NCBI RefSeq assembly: GCF_006345805.1
Contig: NC_043012.1
Span: 13,702,001-13,766,000 of the forward strand
Direction of reading: 5' to 3'
DNA length: 64,000 nucleotides
Source: Octopus sinensis
Lineage: Eukaryota
The stretch's first letter is position 1. The number at the start of each line of letters is the position of its first letter. The position numbers were made by a program, and so were the translations under genes. Under the pieces are notes generated by a model, which was not told the DNA's origin, did not search any database, and was given only the letters and a program-made list of their open reading frames with translations. Shown in pieces: positions 39,501-52,031 of this stretch.

Positions 39501-41137
39501 GAAATGGGGTAAGACGTGTCTAGTGTTAATACTTAATATTTTAGAAGACCAGTAATAGTAATTTTGTGGGATGTACTACAAACCACAGCTAAATAACCTT
39601 TATATCACAACCTATTCGTCTAAAAATGATATTGAAATTATAAAAAGCATACTTCAGATTCGGACTGCCCATAGATTACAAGTGAGACTAAAAATACTTG
39701 TTAATTTAACAATTCACAAGACTTCACTATTTTTAAAAAAATTACGTTTAATTACCAGTTTGAAAATTATAGATGGGTGGTCGCCGATTTCCATTTTTTT
39801 CTTTTAACCATCGACTGTTTCTTCCATTGTTTTTAGGTGAGTAGTACAAAAAAAAAACACAAAAATTGCCTAAAATTGGTATTGAGTGGCGGACGTGACT
39901 TTGAAGAAATTCGTAACTGTTCAAATATTTTTTTCTGCTTTTGTTTTTATTCCGAAAAGATGTCTCCCATTTTTTTTTCATTTCATAATGCAGTAAAAAA
40001 TGGAGAAAATCGGCGTGAAAGAGGTGATTCAGTAATTTTCAATTTTGTTTTACTCAAAAAGTATTCCCTGCCATCATTTGTAAGGAGGTGGTGTATAACA
40101 GTTTTTAAATATCCCAGCCAAAAGAAAGACAATAAAAATTATATCATTGTGTTATTATGAAAGTCCACCAAAGCATTCTCTTGGGAAATACCTTGCACCG
40201 ACGGAATACTCAGGTAGTGCCTGCATATAATGGGCGCCATTTTAAAGCTGGCGATTTTGGCACTTCGGCAGATGACGTATTTTTGCATTTTATGTTGTTT
40301 TGGATTTCTTTGGATTTGTGAACTTTCTTTAATCCATAAAGTTGCTGGTTTTCATCTCAAAGTTGGTTAAGTGATTGATTTCCTTTAACATCAGCGTATT
40401 TTGGTACTTTGTCGTCAGTTTACCTACTTGAATCATAGAAATTCTTTGAATTTGTTGTAAATATTTGAGCCAACATGATCATCGCATTTGTTGTAAAGAT
40501 GTGAACTGGCACCATATCCCAACACCTCCCTCCCAAAACCATATAAAAACATATATTTCTAACAACACACATTCCAATAATAACCTTTTTTTGCTCTCTC
40601 CCTCTCCTATCATCCCCTTTATATTAAAAAACGTGTATCTTACACCTCCTTAACCCTCCGCCAGACACACACTTAACCTCATTTTTAACAGAAAATTACT
40701 AGAGTTTATCTTCATGAAATTAAGATAATTGATTCAGCCAGAAGAAAAGAATCTGGAAAATATTTGACCATTATATTTTCTGAAACGATCGTAATGCATC
40801 TCACTTGACTATATTTTATATTTTTATTTCATTCGGTAACTACTTTATTTCATTTCTTCGAGAACCATTTTAAATCTCCTTACCCTATTGAATTTTACTG
40901 CATACGAGAATTATTGTAAATCTTGTAAACATCTCACCTGCTCGAAATTTTAATTTAATTTATTTAATCCGATGTAATTTTCTGTATAATAATTGGAATT
41001 ATAATAAAGGAAATATATATGTATATATTACTTTTATTCCGAATTCAACTGTGTATTGACCGGATTAGGAGAATGATAAACTCATCTGTCTTCTCTCCCA
41101 CCTTAAACTTTGATATATATATATATATATATATATA

Positions 41138-43734
41138 TACTAAGTAATTAAGGGTTTAGCAACGAATTGCCTCACCAACACACCGAATTTAGAAATAGCA
41201 GTCAAAGAGATATAGCTATTCCTTCTACTAAAAGGGGGATCTCAGTAAAAACACAGCACTTGAAAGGCAAACACAGACAGGTAAGAAAGAATGAAATGAC
41301 GTCAATCTATCATACAATTTTAAGTTAGTAATTGATAATTATTCCAAATTAATTAATTTCACCCTTTATTGTTACTGATAACCATATTTTATCCCAGTAA
41401 ATGACCACAGCATTTTGTCTTGGCTACACGCGGGTGGAAGGGGGCTGGTGACACAAACTTTCATTCACACTTTGAATTTCGTGGTACTGGTCATGCTTTG
41501 GCTCGCTCTGACACTGAGTTGAGATAATGCCTTCTAGTATCTCAAAATTTAATATACAATTATTCATAATTGTAGTATCCTGCGCCGATGAGAAAAGAAG
41601 TTTGGATAAGGTAGAATTTTCTAATTCTTATGCTTTCCTAAAACTTGATTTCGAAACGTACGTCCGTAGGTAACTTAAAATTGTATGATAGATTGCCGTC
41701 ATTTCATTCTTTCTTTCTTACCTGTCTGTGTTTGCCTTTCAAGTGCTGTGTTTTTACTGAGATCCCCGTTTTAGTAGAAGGAATAGCTATATCTCTTTGA
41801 CTGCTATTTCTAAATTCGGTGTGTTGGTGAGGCAATTCGTTGCTAAACCCTTAATTACTTAGTATTACTTAAATTTTCCTCGAATGGGGCTTTTACATGC
41901 CGAAATCTACTTGGTGTAATTGATAATTATTCCAAATTAATTAATTTCACCCTTTATTGTTACTGATAACCATATTTTATCCCAGTAAATGACCACAGCA
42001 TTTTGTCTTGGCTACACGCGGGTGGAAGGGGGCTGGTGACACAAACTTTCATTCACACTTTGAATTTCGTGGTACTGGTCATGCTTTGGCTCGCTCTGAC
42101 ACTGAGTTGAGATAATGCCTTCTAGTATCTCAAAATTTAATATACAATTATTCATAATTGTAGTATCCTGCGCCGATGAGAAAAGAAGTTTGGATAAGGT
42201 AGAATTTTCTAATTCTTATGCTTTCCTAAAACTTGATTTCGAAACGTACGTCCGTAGGTAACTTAAAATTGTATGATAGATTGCCGTCATTTCATTCTTT
42301 CTTTCTTACCTGTCTGTGTTTGCCTTTCAAATGCTGTGTTTTTACTGAGATCCCCCTTTTAGTAGAAGGAATAGCTATATCTCTTTGACTGCTATTTCTA
42401 AATTCGGTGTGTTGGTGAGGCAATTCGTTGCTAAACCCTTAATTACTTAGTATTACTTAAATTTTCCTCGAATGGGGCTTTTACATGCCGAAATCTACTT
42501 GGTGTAATTGATAATTATTCCAAATTAATTAATTTCACCCTTTATTGTTACTGATAACCATATTTTATCCCAGTAAATGACCACAGCATTTTGTCTTGGC
42601 TACACGCGGGTGGAAGGGGGCTGGTGACACAAACTTTCATTCACACTTTGAATTTCGTGGTACTGGTCATGCTTTGGCTCGCTCTGACACTGAGTTGAGA
42701 TAATGCCTTCTAGTATCTCAAAATTTAATATACAATTATTCATAATTGTAGTATCCTGCGCCGATGAGAAAAGAAGTTTGGGTAAGGTAGAATTTTCTAA
42801 TTCTTATGCTTTCCTAAAACTTGATTTCGAAACGTACGTCCGTAGGTAACTTAAAATTGTATGATAGATTGCCGTTATTTCATTCTTTCTTTCTTACCTG
42901 TCCGTGTTTGCCTTTCAAGTGCTGTGTTTTTACTGAGATCCCCGTTTTAGTAGAAGGAATAGCTATATCTCTTTGACTGCTATTTCTAAATTCGGTGTGT
43001 TGGTGAGGCAATTCGTTGCTAAACCCTTAATTACTTAGTATTACTTAAATTTTCCTCGAATGGGGCTTTTACATGCCGAAATCTACTTGGTGTAATTGAT
43101 AATTATTCCAAATTAATTAATTTCACCCTTTATTGTTACTGATAACCATATTTTATCCCAGTAAATGACCACAGCATTTTGTCTTGGCTACACGCGGGTG
43201 GAAGGGGGCTGGTGACACAAACTTTCATTCACACTTTGAATTTCGTGGTACTGGTCATGCTTTGGCTCGCTCTGACACTGAGTTGAGATAATGCCTTCTA
43301 GTATCTCAAAATTTAATATACAATTATTCATAATTGTAGTATCCTGCGCCGATGAGAAAAGAAGTTTGGGTAAGGTAGAATTTTCTAATTCTTATGCTTT
43401 CCTAAAACTTGATTTCGAAACGTACGTCCGTAGGTAACTTAAAATTGTATGATAGATTGCCGTCATTTCATTCTTTCTTTCTTACCTGTCTGTGTTTGCC
43501 TTTCAAGTGCTGTGTTTTTACTGAGATCCCCCTTTTAGTAGAAGGAATAGCTATATCTCTTTGACTGCTATTTCTAAATTCGGTGTGTTGGTGAGGCAAT
43601 TCGTTGCTAAACCCTTAATTACTTAGTATTACTTAAATTTTCCTCGAATGGGGCTTTTACATGCGGAAATCTATTTGGTGTAATTGATAATTATTCCAAA
43701 TTAATTAATTTCACCCTTTATTGTTACTGATAAC

Positions 43735-43737
<3 letters not shown>
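41138..43737 (+). mobile_element. Tandem array of 588-bp hammerhead-containing units (retrozyme / Penelope pLTR-like) with a 5' inverted partial unit
   Basis: Unit start GTAATTGATAATTATTCC at 41328, 41916, 42504, 43092, 43680 (period 588); 41138-41327 is the reverse complement of 41671-41864; (TA)n on both flanks. Confidence 0.9.
41579..41670 (+). ncRNA. Type I hammerhead ribozyme, copy 1 (others 42167-42258, 42755-42846, 43343-43434)
   Basis: CCTGCG-CCGATGA-[GAAA...long hairpin...TTTC]-GAAAC-GTAC-GTC-CGTAGG; predicted cleavage after 41664. Confidence 0.82.
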
Positions 43738-43784
<47 letters not shown>

Positions 43785-44103
43785 TATCAATTGCCCATGA
43801 TTTGACTTGTGAATTTGCATAGAGGATAACATGTGAAAATTATTATAAGCATGAAGCTAAAGTGAGCGAAGTAAAATAGTTAGTGTTCAATGTTCGTTTC
43901 ATAGAGTGAAAATCTTGCGTTAGTATTTAAATTAAGCATTTCTAATGGGTAGTATGTGACAACTCTGTACATATAACATCGCTATTTGAAACCACGTGTG
44001 AAGCAAAGGTTAAACATTTCTGCGTGTCTCGGAATGAGTGGAGTATAATATATGATTGTAGGTTCAGAATGCCAGATCACTTTATAATTTAAATGTAAAA
44101 ATG

Positions 44104-45276
44104 TCATTCTCTTCTAAGAGATAGACAGATAAAGTAAATTGAAACTATTGCCGATGTTAGAATTATAATTTTTAGAAATATACCATCAAGTCGGCTGTAA
44201 TGAGAAATACATTTTTTCATCCCTTTCCCTTTAAATTCTTTCTTAGACATTGTTGAAATATCAGCAATTTCATTAATGCTTGGCATAATTTTATTTTCGT
44301 TCGACGGGTTCAATTTGCTATTGTCAACTAACTGATTTACATACAGCCTGGTTATAATCACCGAACCAAGTGTAGCGATACCACTTAACAGTGATAATAT
44401 CATTAAATAATATCCAAGAAGTGAGGGTTGTTTTGAATTTTTTGGCAAATCATTGTAGAACTGTGCAACGTACAAGACATTTGATAAAAATATTGTCATT
44501 GCTAGAGAAACTTTCTCACCAGATTCTGGTGGTAGAAGGAAAATAGAAAAAGTCAATATAGTCATCATTGTTGTTGGAATCAGCATAGCGATTGTACCCA
44601 ACTTTATTTTGCGATGTAAGTAGAGAGTAGCGGATGCGTACGAGAAAGTGTTTTTGTCATATACGTTACAAGAGAAGCTGATATCCCATTGATAGTTAGA
44701 TACATGACCTACACTATTGCAGGAAAATTCTTTTATTCTTGTATCTTGAAACTTATGCGATGGGGTACCCATGGAAATAACGCATGCCTGTTCATCAAAA
44801 GGGAAATTGTAAACATTTATTGCACAAAAAGTGTGTAGTAATTTAATTGACATCATTTTCGCAAATCCATTAAAATCCACAGTTATTTCGGGAACGTTAG
44901 TTTCAGATTCTGATTCCTTTAATGTGTGGAACATTGTAATAGACGGGATCCATACCTTATCTATAGGTAGGTAGATATGTGTAATATTATTGTAGTTTAA
45001 TGGATTCCATCTCAACAATTCATCCGTCCATTGCAATACAATCCAGTACCGGGACACGAGTATATTGTTTACGTAGTCCAAACCATGGAGTACTTCAAGA
45101 AATAATTTTGCGGTTATATCGACCGAGGCAGTTAAATTAATGACAGGTCTTATATGTTTCATATAATTAGATAATAATTTGTCTTTCAACCTTAACTCAT
45201 CTTTGTACATTGGGTCACAATTTACTACCGATAGAGATGTAGTCAGAATCAGGACGATGCATTGAACAAATATCAT
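44104..45276 (-). CDS. Cephalopod chemotactile receptor (atypical nAChR-like subunit), intronless ORF
   Basis: 390 aa; signal peptide, HIRPVINLT, WTDELLRWNP, Cys-loop CAINVYNFPFDEQAC, PPESGEKVSL, four TM helices, no vicinal Cys-Cys. Confidence 0.95.
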   Translation of the reverse strand: MIFVQCIVLILTTSLSVVNCDPMYKDELRLKDKLLSNYMKHIRPVINLTASVDITAKLFLEVLHGLDYVNNILVSRYWIVLQWTDELLRWNPLNYNNITHIYLPIDKVWIPSITMFHTLKESESETNVPEITVDFNGFAKMMSIKLLHTFCAINVYNFPFDEQACVISMGTPSHKFQDTRIKEFSCNSVGHVSNYQWDISFSCNVYDKNTFSYASATLYLHRKIKLGTIAMLIPTTMMTILTFSIFLLPPESGEKVSLAMTIFLSNVLYVAQFYNDLPKNSKQPSLLGYYLMILSLLSGIATLGSVIITRLYVNQLVDNSKLNPSNENKIMPSINEIADISTMSKKEFKGKGMKKCISHYSRLDGIFLKIIILTSAIVSIYFICLSLRRE

Positions 45277-45890
45277 TATGTATAATAATTCTGTATGGTA
45301 AATATGAGCGAATCACAGTTTCTTTTAGTTTTTATCAAGCAAAATTAAGAATTTCAGAAAAATTCTATTTTATTTTCTTTAAAAATAATATATTAGCTTT
45401 TTTCCTGAACACGTCATTCGTGTTACAGATAAGAATATTACGATTGATTACTTACATGAACATTATAACACATTATTAATACAAAAGAAGAACCCAAAAT
45501 GCGTCTCAGGATGCGTTCTCATTCAATGAGTATAGACGGATTACCACATTGATAATCAGTTTTCATTGTAGCTGATTTTTTTTGCTTGGAAAATTAAGAT
45601 AACGATCTGAATATATTTTGGTGATGCTGTCATAAAACTCCAATCAACTTTGCATGTTGCACAATGAATCCAAACGTCTTAGTAAAATATTCAGAAGCGA
45701 CATCTTTCAATATTTAGGAAGCTATTCATCAAGGTATCGGACGCTATTATGCCGGTGGTTTCTGTAACGATATCCGCGTGAAGCAGTAAAGTGATATCGT
45801 TTATAGTGAAGGGAAGGAATTACTGTCAAACCTACTCTTCACTGTAGAGTAAATGGATAAGTCGGCAACCTAAAAAAATGAAGTTATTTG
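45277..45890 (-). promoter_or_regulatory. Conserved ~600-bp upstream block (paralogous to 62603-63205)
   Basis: Colinear similarity by eye, including an identical 18-mer AGTATAGACGGATTACCA (45529-45546 = 62876-62893) and GATATCCGC.TGAA. Confidence 0.7.
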
Positions 45891-47189
45891 TTAGATCATA
45901 TCATGTAAATCAAATTTTGCAAACAAATAAAATATCAATAACTCTGTATTCGTGAAAGAGCGAAGAAATAAGGTATACTTACAATGGCCGGGCGAAAATA
46001 AACGCCAAGAAATATAATAGGGAACCAAATCAAATTATGTAACATCAATCAAAAATAATAGGAATTATCTCATGCTGATGAATCTCTAACACTTTGGAAT
46101 AGTTACGCATGTATGAAAGTTAAAACAATTATTTTCATGCTAAATAACGAAGAATATCAAGGCTAAATGATGAATTCATAAAACATGCATATAATAGTCT
46201 GCTTGTTCGTTCGCACGTAATACTTTAGTTAGTTTGGGAGGTGGAGATTTATTGACTCAGTGATGGAGTAAAAGTGAGAGAGAGAAATGGAGAGTAAAAA
46301 CGGAAGAGAGGGACATTTAGAAAAGGGCGATTAATATTAATACACATTGTCCTAGTGGTCACTTAGTCAGCTGGAGGTCGATACGAAGGAGTAGACGAAA
46401 GGAAACGACGAGAGGAAAAGAGGGGAGAGAAGTGTTAATGGTGTGCGATGTGGTGGGAAAGGAATACTTATTACGTCCATAAAAAGTTAGCGGAAGATAA
46501 AGGTAGAGAGTGATGGACAGGGGATGCAGTTAAATTAAGAGAGAGAGAGAGAGAGAGAGAGGCAGACAGCGGTGGTGGATGTGGTGGTAGTAGTGGTGGT
46601 GAGTTGATATTGAAAAGTATTTTGTTTTATTGAGCTAATTTTTTATATACAGACCATCGCATACGCATAAGTGCGATTATTTATCGTTGCTCGCTTTAAA
46701 ATTTGGGATTTTCTTATAACGGTTAATTTAGCCTAAACTCTTGATTAACAAGAAACACAGTTGCAGCTACCAGAGAATGGATGTGCAAACATAGAGCACA
46801 GATTAGAAAAGAAGAGCGAGAAGATATAATAAAAAGAAAAGACAACACTGAAGAGACGTAGGCGAGTGTCAAGAAAATTTAAAGAAAGCTAAAGTCATCC
46901 ATTCTTTCTTCAATTGGTTTTCTTATTGTTTTTTTCATTCCATGGAGCTTACACAGACCCCACTTGTAAGTATATAATTTACTTAAAGTTATTCTAACAA
47001 AAACAAAATGATAGATATTGTCTGAGAAAATACACTGGTTTTATAGGTTTTTTATTTGTTACTATATTACCGTGGCGAACAATGAAGTACATTCTAATGA
47101 AAATAAAATTGGTAGAAATGCTTATACGCACAAGCATACATACATACAGTAAATGCCCCTGATGCACTACAAGGCACTGGCTCTCGTGG

Positions 47190-47650
47190 ATTCTCATCTT
47201 AACGGATTGAAAGGGTTATCATGCACATTGTTTTGTCTTGGTATGAAAGACGGACTATGAAAATATTCTGCTCAATACCACAAATTTGCTTATCAGTTGT
47301 TTGACCTTAACCAGTTGACCATGTCCCTTAGTGGCTGACGATATGCGCATCTCTGATCACATGCAGAAGTAGTGGGGGAGCATCATAGACGTGTGTTGAA
47401 AGGAATTCTTTGAGGTTTGGATAATTCACCTTTAGAAACATGGGTGTGTATTTCACCGTCTTTAAATAACCCTTATCCAGGGACCTTTTGAGCGGGATGG
47501 GCTACTCGACCTGAAGAAAATACTAACTGGTTGTGATGCATGTGCCTGGTGTACCCTTATCAGACAGGTAGTCACGATGGATATACTGGGCTTCGTATAT
47601 TTTACACCAGTGTTACTTTGATGTCATGCACTGTTCTCTCACTTAATAAT
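47190..47650 (+). mobile_element. Dispersed repeat with (AAT)n tail (LINE 3' end or SINE); inverted copy at ~54330-54740
   Basis: The two regions are diverged reverse complements (e.g. GGGACCTTTTGAGCGGGATGGGCTACTCGAC). Confidence 0.6.
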
Positions 47651-47655
47651 AATAT

Positions 47656-47686
<31 letters not shown>

Positions 47687-47704
47687 AACAACAACAACAA
47701 CAAC

Positions 47705-47744
<40 letters not shown>

Positions 47745-47847
47745 TGAAGAAGAAGAAGAAGAAGAAGAAGAAGAAGAAGAAGAAGAAGAAGAAGAAGAAG
47801 AAGAAGAAGAAGAAGAAGAAGAAGAAGAAGAAGAAGAAGAAGAAGAA
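47646..47847. repeat. (AAT)/(AAG)/(AAC) compound microsatellite
   Basis: Direct reading. Confidence 0.95.
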
Positions 47848-47859
47848 TCCTTTCTCCTA

Positions 47860-48105
47860 TAAGTACAAGTCTAGAAATTTGGGGGAGTGTACTAGTCGAT
47901 TACATCGTCACCAGCGTTTCACTTTAAATTAATTTATCGACCCCGAAAGGATTGAAGTCAGAGTCGACCTCCGCGGAAATTGAAGCTAGAATGTATAGAC
48001 GGACGAAATACCTCTAATCATTTTGCCCGGCGTGCTAACGATTCTGCCATCGCGCCACCTTAATAAAAACAACGACGACGACAACAACAACAAAACAGCA
48101 ACAGC

Positions 48106-48147
<42 letters not shown>

Positions 48148-48431
48148 AATAATAATAATAATAATAATAGTAATAATACTTTCTACTGAATGCACAAGGC
48201 CTTGAAATTTTGGGGAAGAGGACTAGTCAATTCTATCGACCACAGTGTTTCACTGGTACTTAATTAGTCGACCCCGAAAGCATGAAAGGAAATTCAACCT
48301 CTGCGGAAATTGAAATCAACGTAAAGACGGACGTAATGCCTCTAAGCAATTTGTGCGCCGCGCCAATGATTCTGCCAGCTCGACACATTCACAATAATAC
48401 TAACAGCAATAACAACAACAACAATAATAAC

Positions 48432-48462
<31 letters not shown>

Positions 48463-48745
48463 GTAACAACAATAATAAAAACAACAACAATAATAATAAT
48501 AATAACAACAACAACAACAACAACAACAGCAATAATAATTATAACATAGACACAAGGCGTGGTATTTTCGGGGAGGTAGTAAGGTGATTACATTGACCCA
48601 AGTACGTAACTGTTACTTATTTGATCGACCCCGGAAAGAGAAAAGGCAAAGATGACCCCGGCGGATTTTGAACTCAAAACGTGACGAAGAGCGAAATGCC
48701 ACTAAGCATTTCGTTCTGCGCGCTAACGATTCCGCCAGATCACCG
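47860..48745 (-). mobile_element. Three head-to-tail diverged copies of a common octopus SINE separated by (AAC/AAT)n; further copies near 38200-38390, 49510-49740, 54905-55100, 55545-55720
   Basis: Repeated minus-strand head GGC...TGGCAGAATCGTTAGCACGCCGGG...TTCAA.TTCCGC.GAGGTCGAC. Confidence 0.7.
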
Positions 48746-51269
48746 TAATATTCCACAAGCAATAAAATATTTTCAAACAGAATAATATTATAAATTATAA
48801 TATTATATTCTGCAGCAGAATAATATTATAAATAAAGCCTTCGCTTTCCTTCCATACATCAACTACAAGTGTAAAGAAAAACAATAGAAAACTGTTTAAA
48901 AAATGATAGACGTAATCATTTTAGTTTTCAATTTCTGTCTCTTGAGATTCCGCCTTTAATGTTACCTTCGTGGACTATCACACCATCTCAAGAAATAAAT
49001 GGATTAAGAAGATATAAAATTCCATCTGACATATTTCAAAATATGCGTGAAACTGCCAGCCAATAAATATTACTGTAAACACTGTATATTCTTTTATGAT
49101 CAGCAAATGTTTTCACGTTTTTCCAAGTGGATCAACAAAATTTTATGATATATACAAACACATACTACGTGAAATAAAATTAATGAAGTGGTAATTTATT
49201 GAATTAATGCTATGAAGGTATTGGTATTAAAGTCCAAACAACATGATATGCACGTATGGTGTTTCATTAAGTTACTGTTTGTAAATGAAATATTAATATG
49301 CTACATATTAATAAACTACAAATAAAAATTGGTGAAAGTAATAGTTACCGTATATCTTATTCGTATATCTGTCGTTTCTTATTCGCGTGTTACGATTATT
49401 TGATTATGAAATACGAAAATGAATATATTCTCTGCGAATTCAAAGCATACTTTCAACTATGGTCGCATTTTTAATGAAGAAATAATTTCAATATTGTAAA
49501 TGAAAAAAAACGGAGGCAAGCTGCCAGATTCGTTAGCATACCTGGCTTAATGTTTAGCGACATTTTATTCGTCTTAACGTTCTGAAATCAAATTCAACCG
49601 AAGTTGACTTTGCCTTTTATCCTTTGGAAGGTCGATAAAGTAAATGCTAGCTGAGAAATGGAGTCGATGTAAAGGACTTCTTCACACCCCACACACCTCG
49701 TACTGAAATTTATGAGCTTCTGCCAAACTTTGAAGCTAGTATTATAAACGAAAAAAACAACTTGTATTATTGAAATTAAAAATCTTTTTCAATTCAATGA
49801 AGTTAGATATATCTATATAAAGAGTTTCAAACGTCGTGCATCGTTTTTACATGAGGAATTCGCAAGGATAATGTTGACATAAGGAAGGAGCAAGGATAAT
49901 GTTGACATAAGGAAGGAGCAAAAATAGCAGCAGATACTGAGAGTATCTCTAAAATATACCAGAATAATGAACATATATATTTGAAAATATGGAAATAAAT
50001 TGAAAGTTATGAAACAACTACCTGAATCAATTATGATTCTGACCACGTTTCGGATTCAAAGCTTCAAAGTTCAATTTCGAGATTTCTGTAATGTAAGAAA
50101 TGGCAAAGACATAGAATGTATGCACTGAGCTGCTAATGTCAAGTGCTAGCATCGTCTTCTCTAATACATTGAGCTTTGTGTAAACAACTTGATATTATAC
50201 GCTTAATATATGTATGTATGTGTATGTACCAAATTATGTATATATGTAAGTGTGTGTATGTACCTAAATATGTATGTATGTATATGTATGTACCTAATTA
50301 TGTATGTATGTATGTGTATGTACCTAATTATGTATGTATGTGTATGTACCTAATTATGTATGTATGTATGTATATATGTATATGTACCTAATTATGTATG
50401 TATGTACATGAATGCATATATATATTCATAGTAAATTACACATACATATACATTTAGTCATACATCATATTTATGTCGCTGCTTAAAACTGACCGTGCAA
50501 TCAATTGATTGTAATTAATAACGCTTATCTTTCCATTTAACCAGAACATTTGCAAAATGGATTATTATGAAGCATTTGAATGACATAAAAGAAGAATCTG
50601 CTACATCAATACTCAGAGACAGCAACGATACATAGGATACATTAGAAAGTCTTATCTACCATAAACTTCTTAAATCCTGCCATTGTTAATATGTATGTTT
50701 AGGTGTTTAGGTGTGTGTGCGTATATGTACAATCATAAGATCCAAGGATCTAACTGTTGCAAGTTTGTAAGCTTCGAGCAGTCCGTGATAGGTATTAAAA
50801 AAAACAACGTTCAGAATCGATAATTTGTTGGCATCGTAGGCTTTAGACTTTTCCCATGTCGAAGTTCGATCAGCTGAAAAACAAAAATTTATCGATTACG
50901 GTTAGCAAATTCGGTCACAAGAAATGGGTATAAAATACAAATTGAGGGAATGAAGCAGGTACAATTTAAGCTAAATACATGTCCTCGATACCAAATAGTC
51001 TCATGTAATTATTGATCAACGAAGGTTACTCTGGTTACCTTCTCATCAAGCCGATGATGACTCAGTTATATGAATGTTATACTGCCGTTAGAGAATCCCA
51101 AGTTAACTCGCCGCAGATATAATCTGAAATGAGTGGCAAAGCTGAAAGAACAGAATAGAAAAATCAAATTACTGGCAAACATCCAACAAACAAATATTTG
51201 AATAACTTGGTCAGTAGATAAGAAAAGTGAAATAAGAGAACATATATTAGGGAGAGGGGATAGAATTTC

Positions 51270-52031
51270 TACCACTGGGTTCAATCTTCTGCCCAGAAGC
51301 AAGAACGCGTCGAGTGCTCGAGGATGAATTTGGAGATGTGCCAAGAAGATGGGTCAAAATTGTTCAAAAGACTGATAACACAGGATGAAACCCGGGTCCA
51401 TCACTATGATCCAGAGACCAAAGCCCAGTCAATGCAGTGGCAGCACCGTGACTCACCTCCTCCAAAGAAGGCAAGGGTGCAGCCCTCCGCTGGCAAGGTC
51501 GTGCTCACAGTCTTCTGGGAACAGGACGGAGTAGTGATGACAGATTTTCTGGCAAAGGATACCACAATTACAGGAGCCTATTATGCTTCACTTTTGAGGA
51601 AATTAAGAGAAGCTATCAAAATCAAGAGGCGGGGTAAGATCAGCAAAGGCATCCTCCTCCTGCAAGACAACGCTCCGGTCCACAACTCGCTTGTCGCCAG
51701 ATCAGAAGCACAGGGGTGCGGCTATGAACTCCTCCCCCTACTCTCCTGACATTGCACCCTCTGATTTTCACCTCTTCCCAGCCATGAAGTTGTTTTTGAA
51801 AGGAAAGCATTTCCCAGATGATGCAGCCTTGATTTCTGAAGTCACGTCGCGGTTGGAGGAGCAGGCTGGTGACTTCTACAAAAACGGTCTCCAGAGCTGC
51901 ACCAAACGATGGGAGAAATGCGTAACTCTGGGTAGTTCCTATGTAGAAAAGGACTAATAACTGTGCCAGGTTTCGTTACTCTACTGCTATGGGAAGTGAG
52001 TCAGCGGCATTACTTATTGAACGCCCTCGTA
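51270..52031 (+). mobile_element. 5'-truncated mariner transposon with frameshifted transposase and right TIR
   Basis: ITQDETRVHHYDPE, LTVFW, LLQDNAPVH, YSPDIAPSDFHLF; ends ACTTATTGAACGCCCTCG-TA. Confidence 0.92.

Noticed and set aside
49864-49921. 28-bp direct duplication
   Set aside because: Simple local slippage with no further structure.
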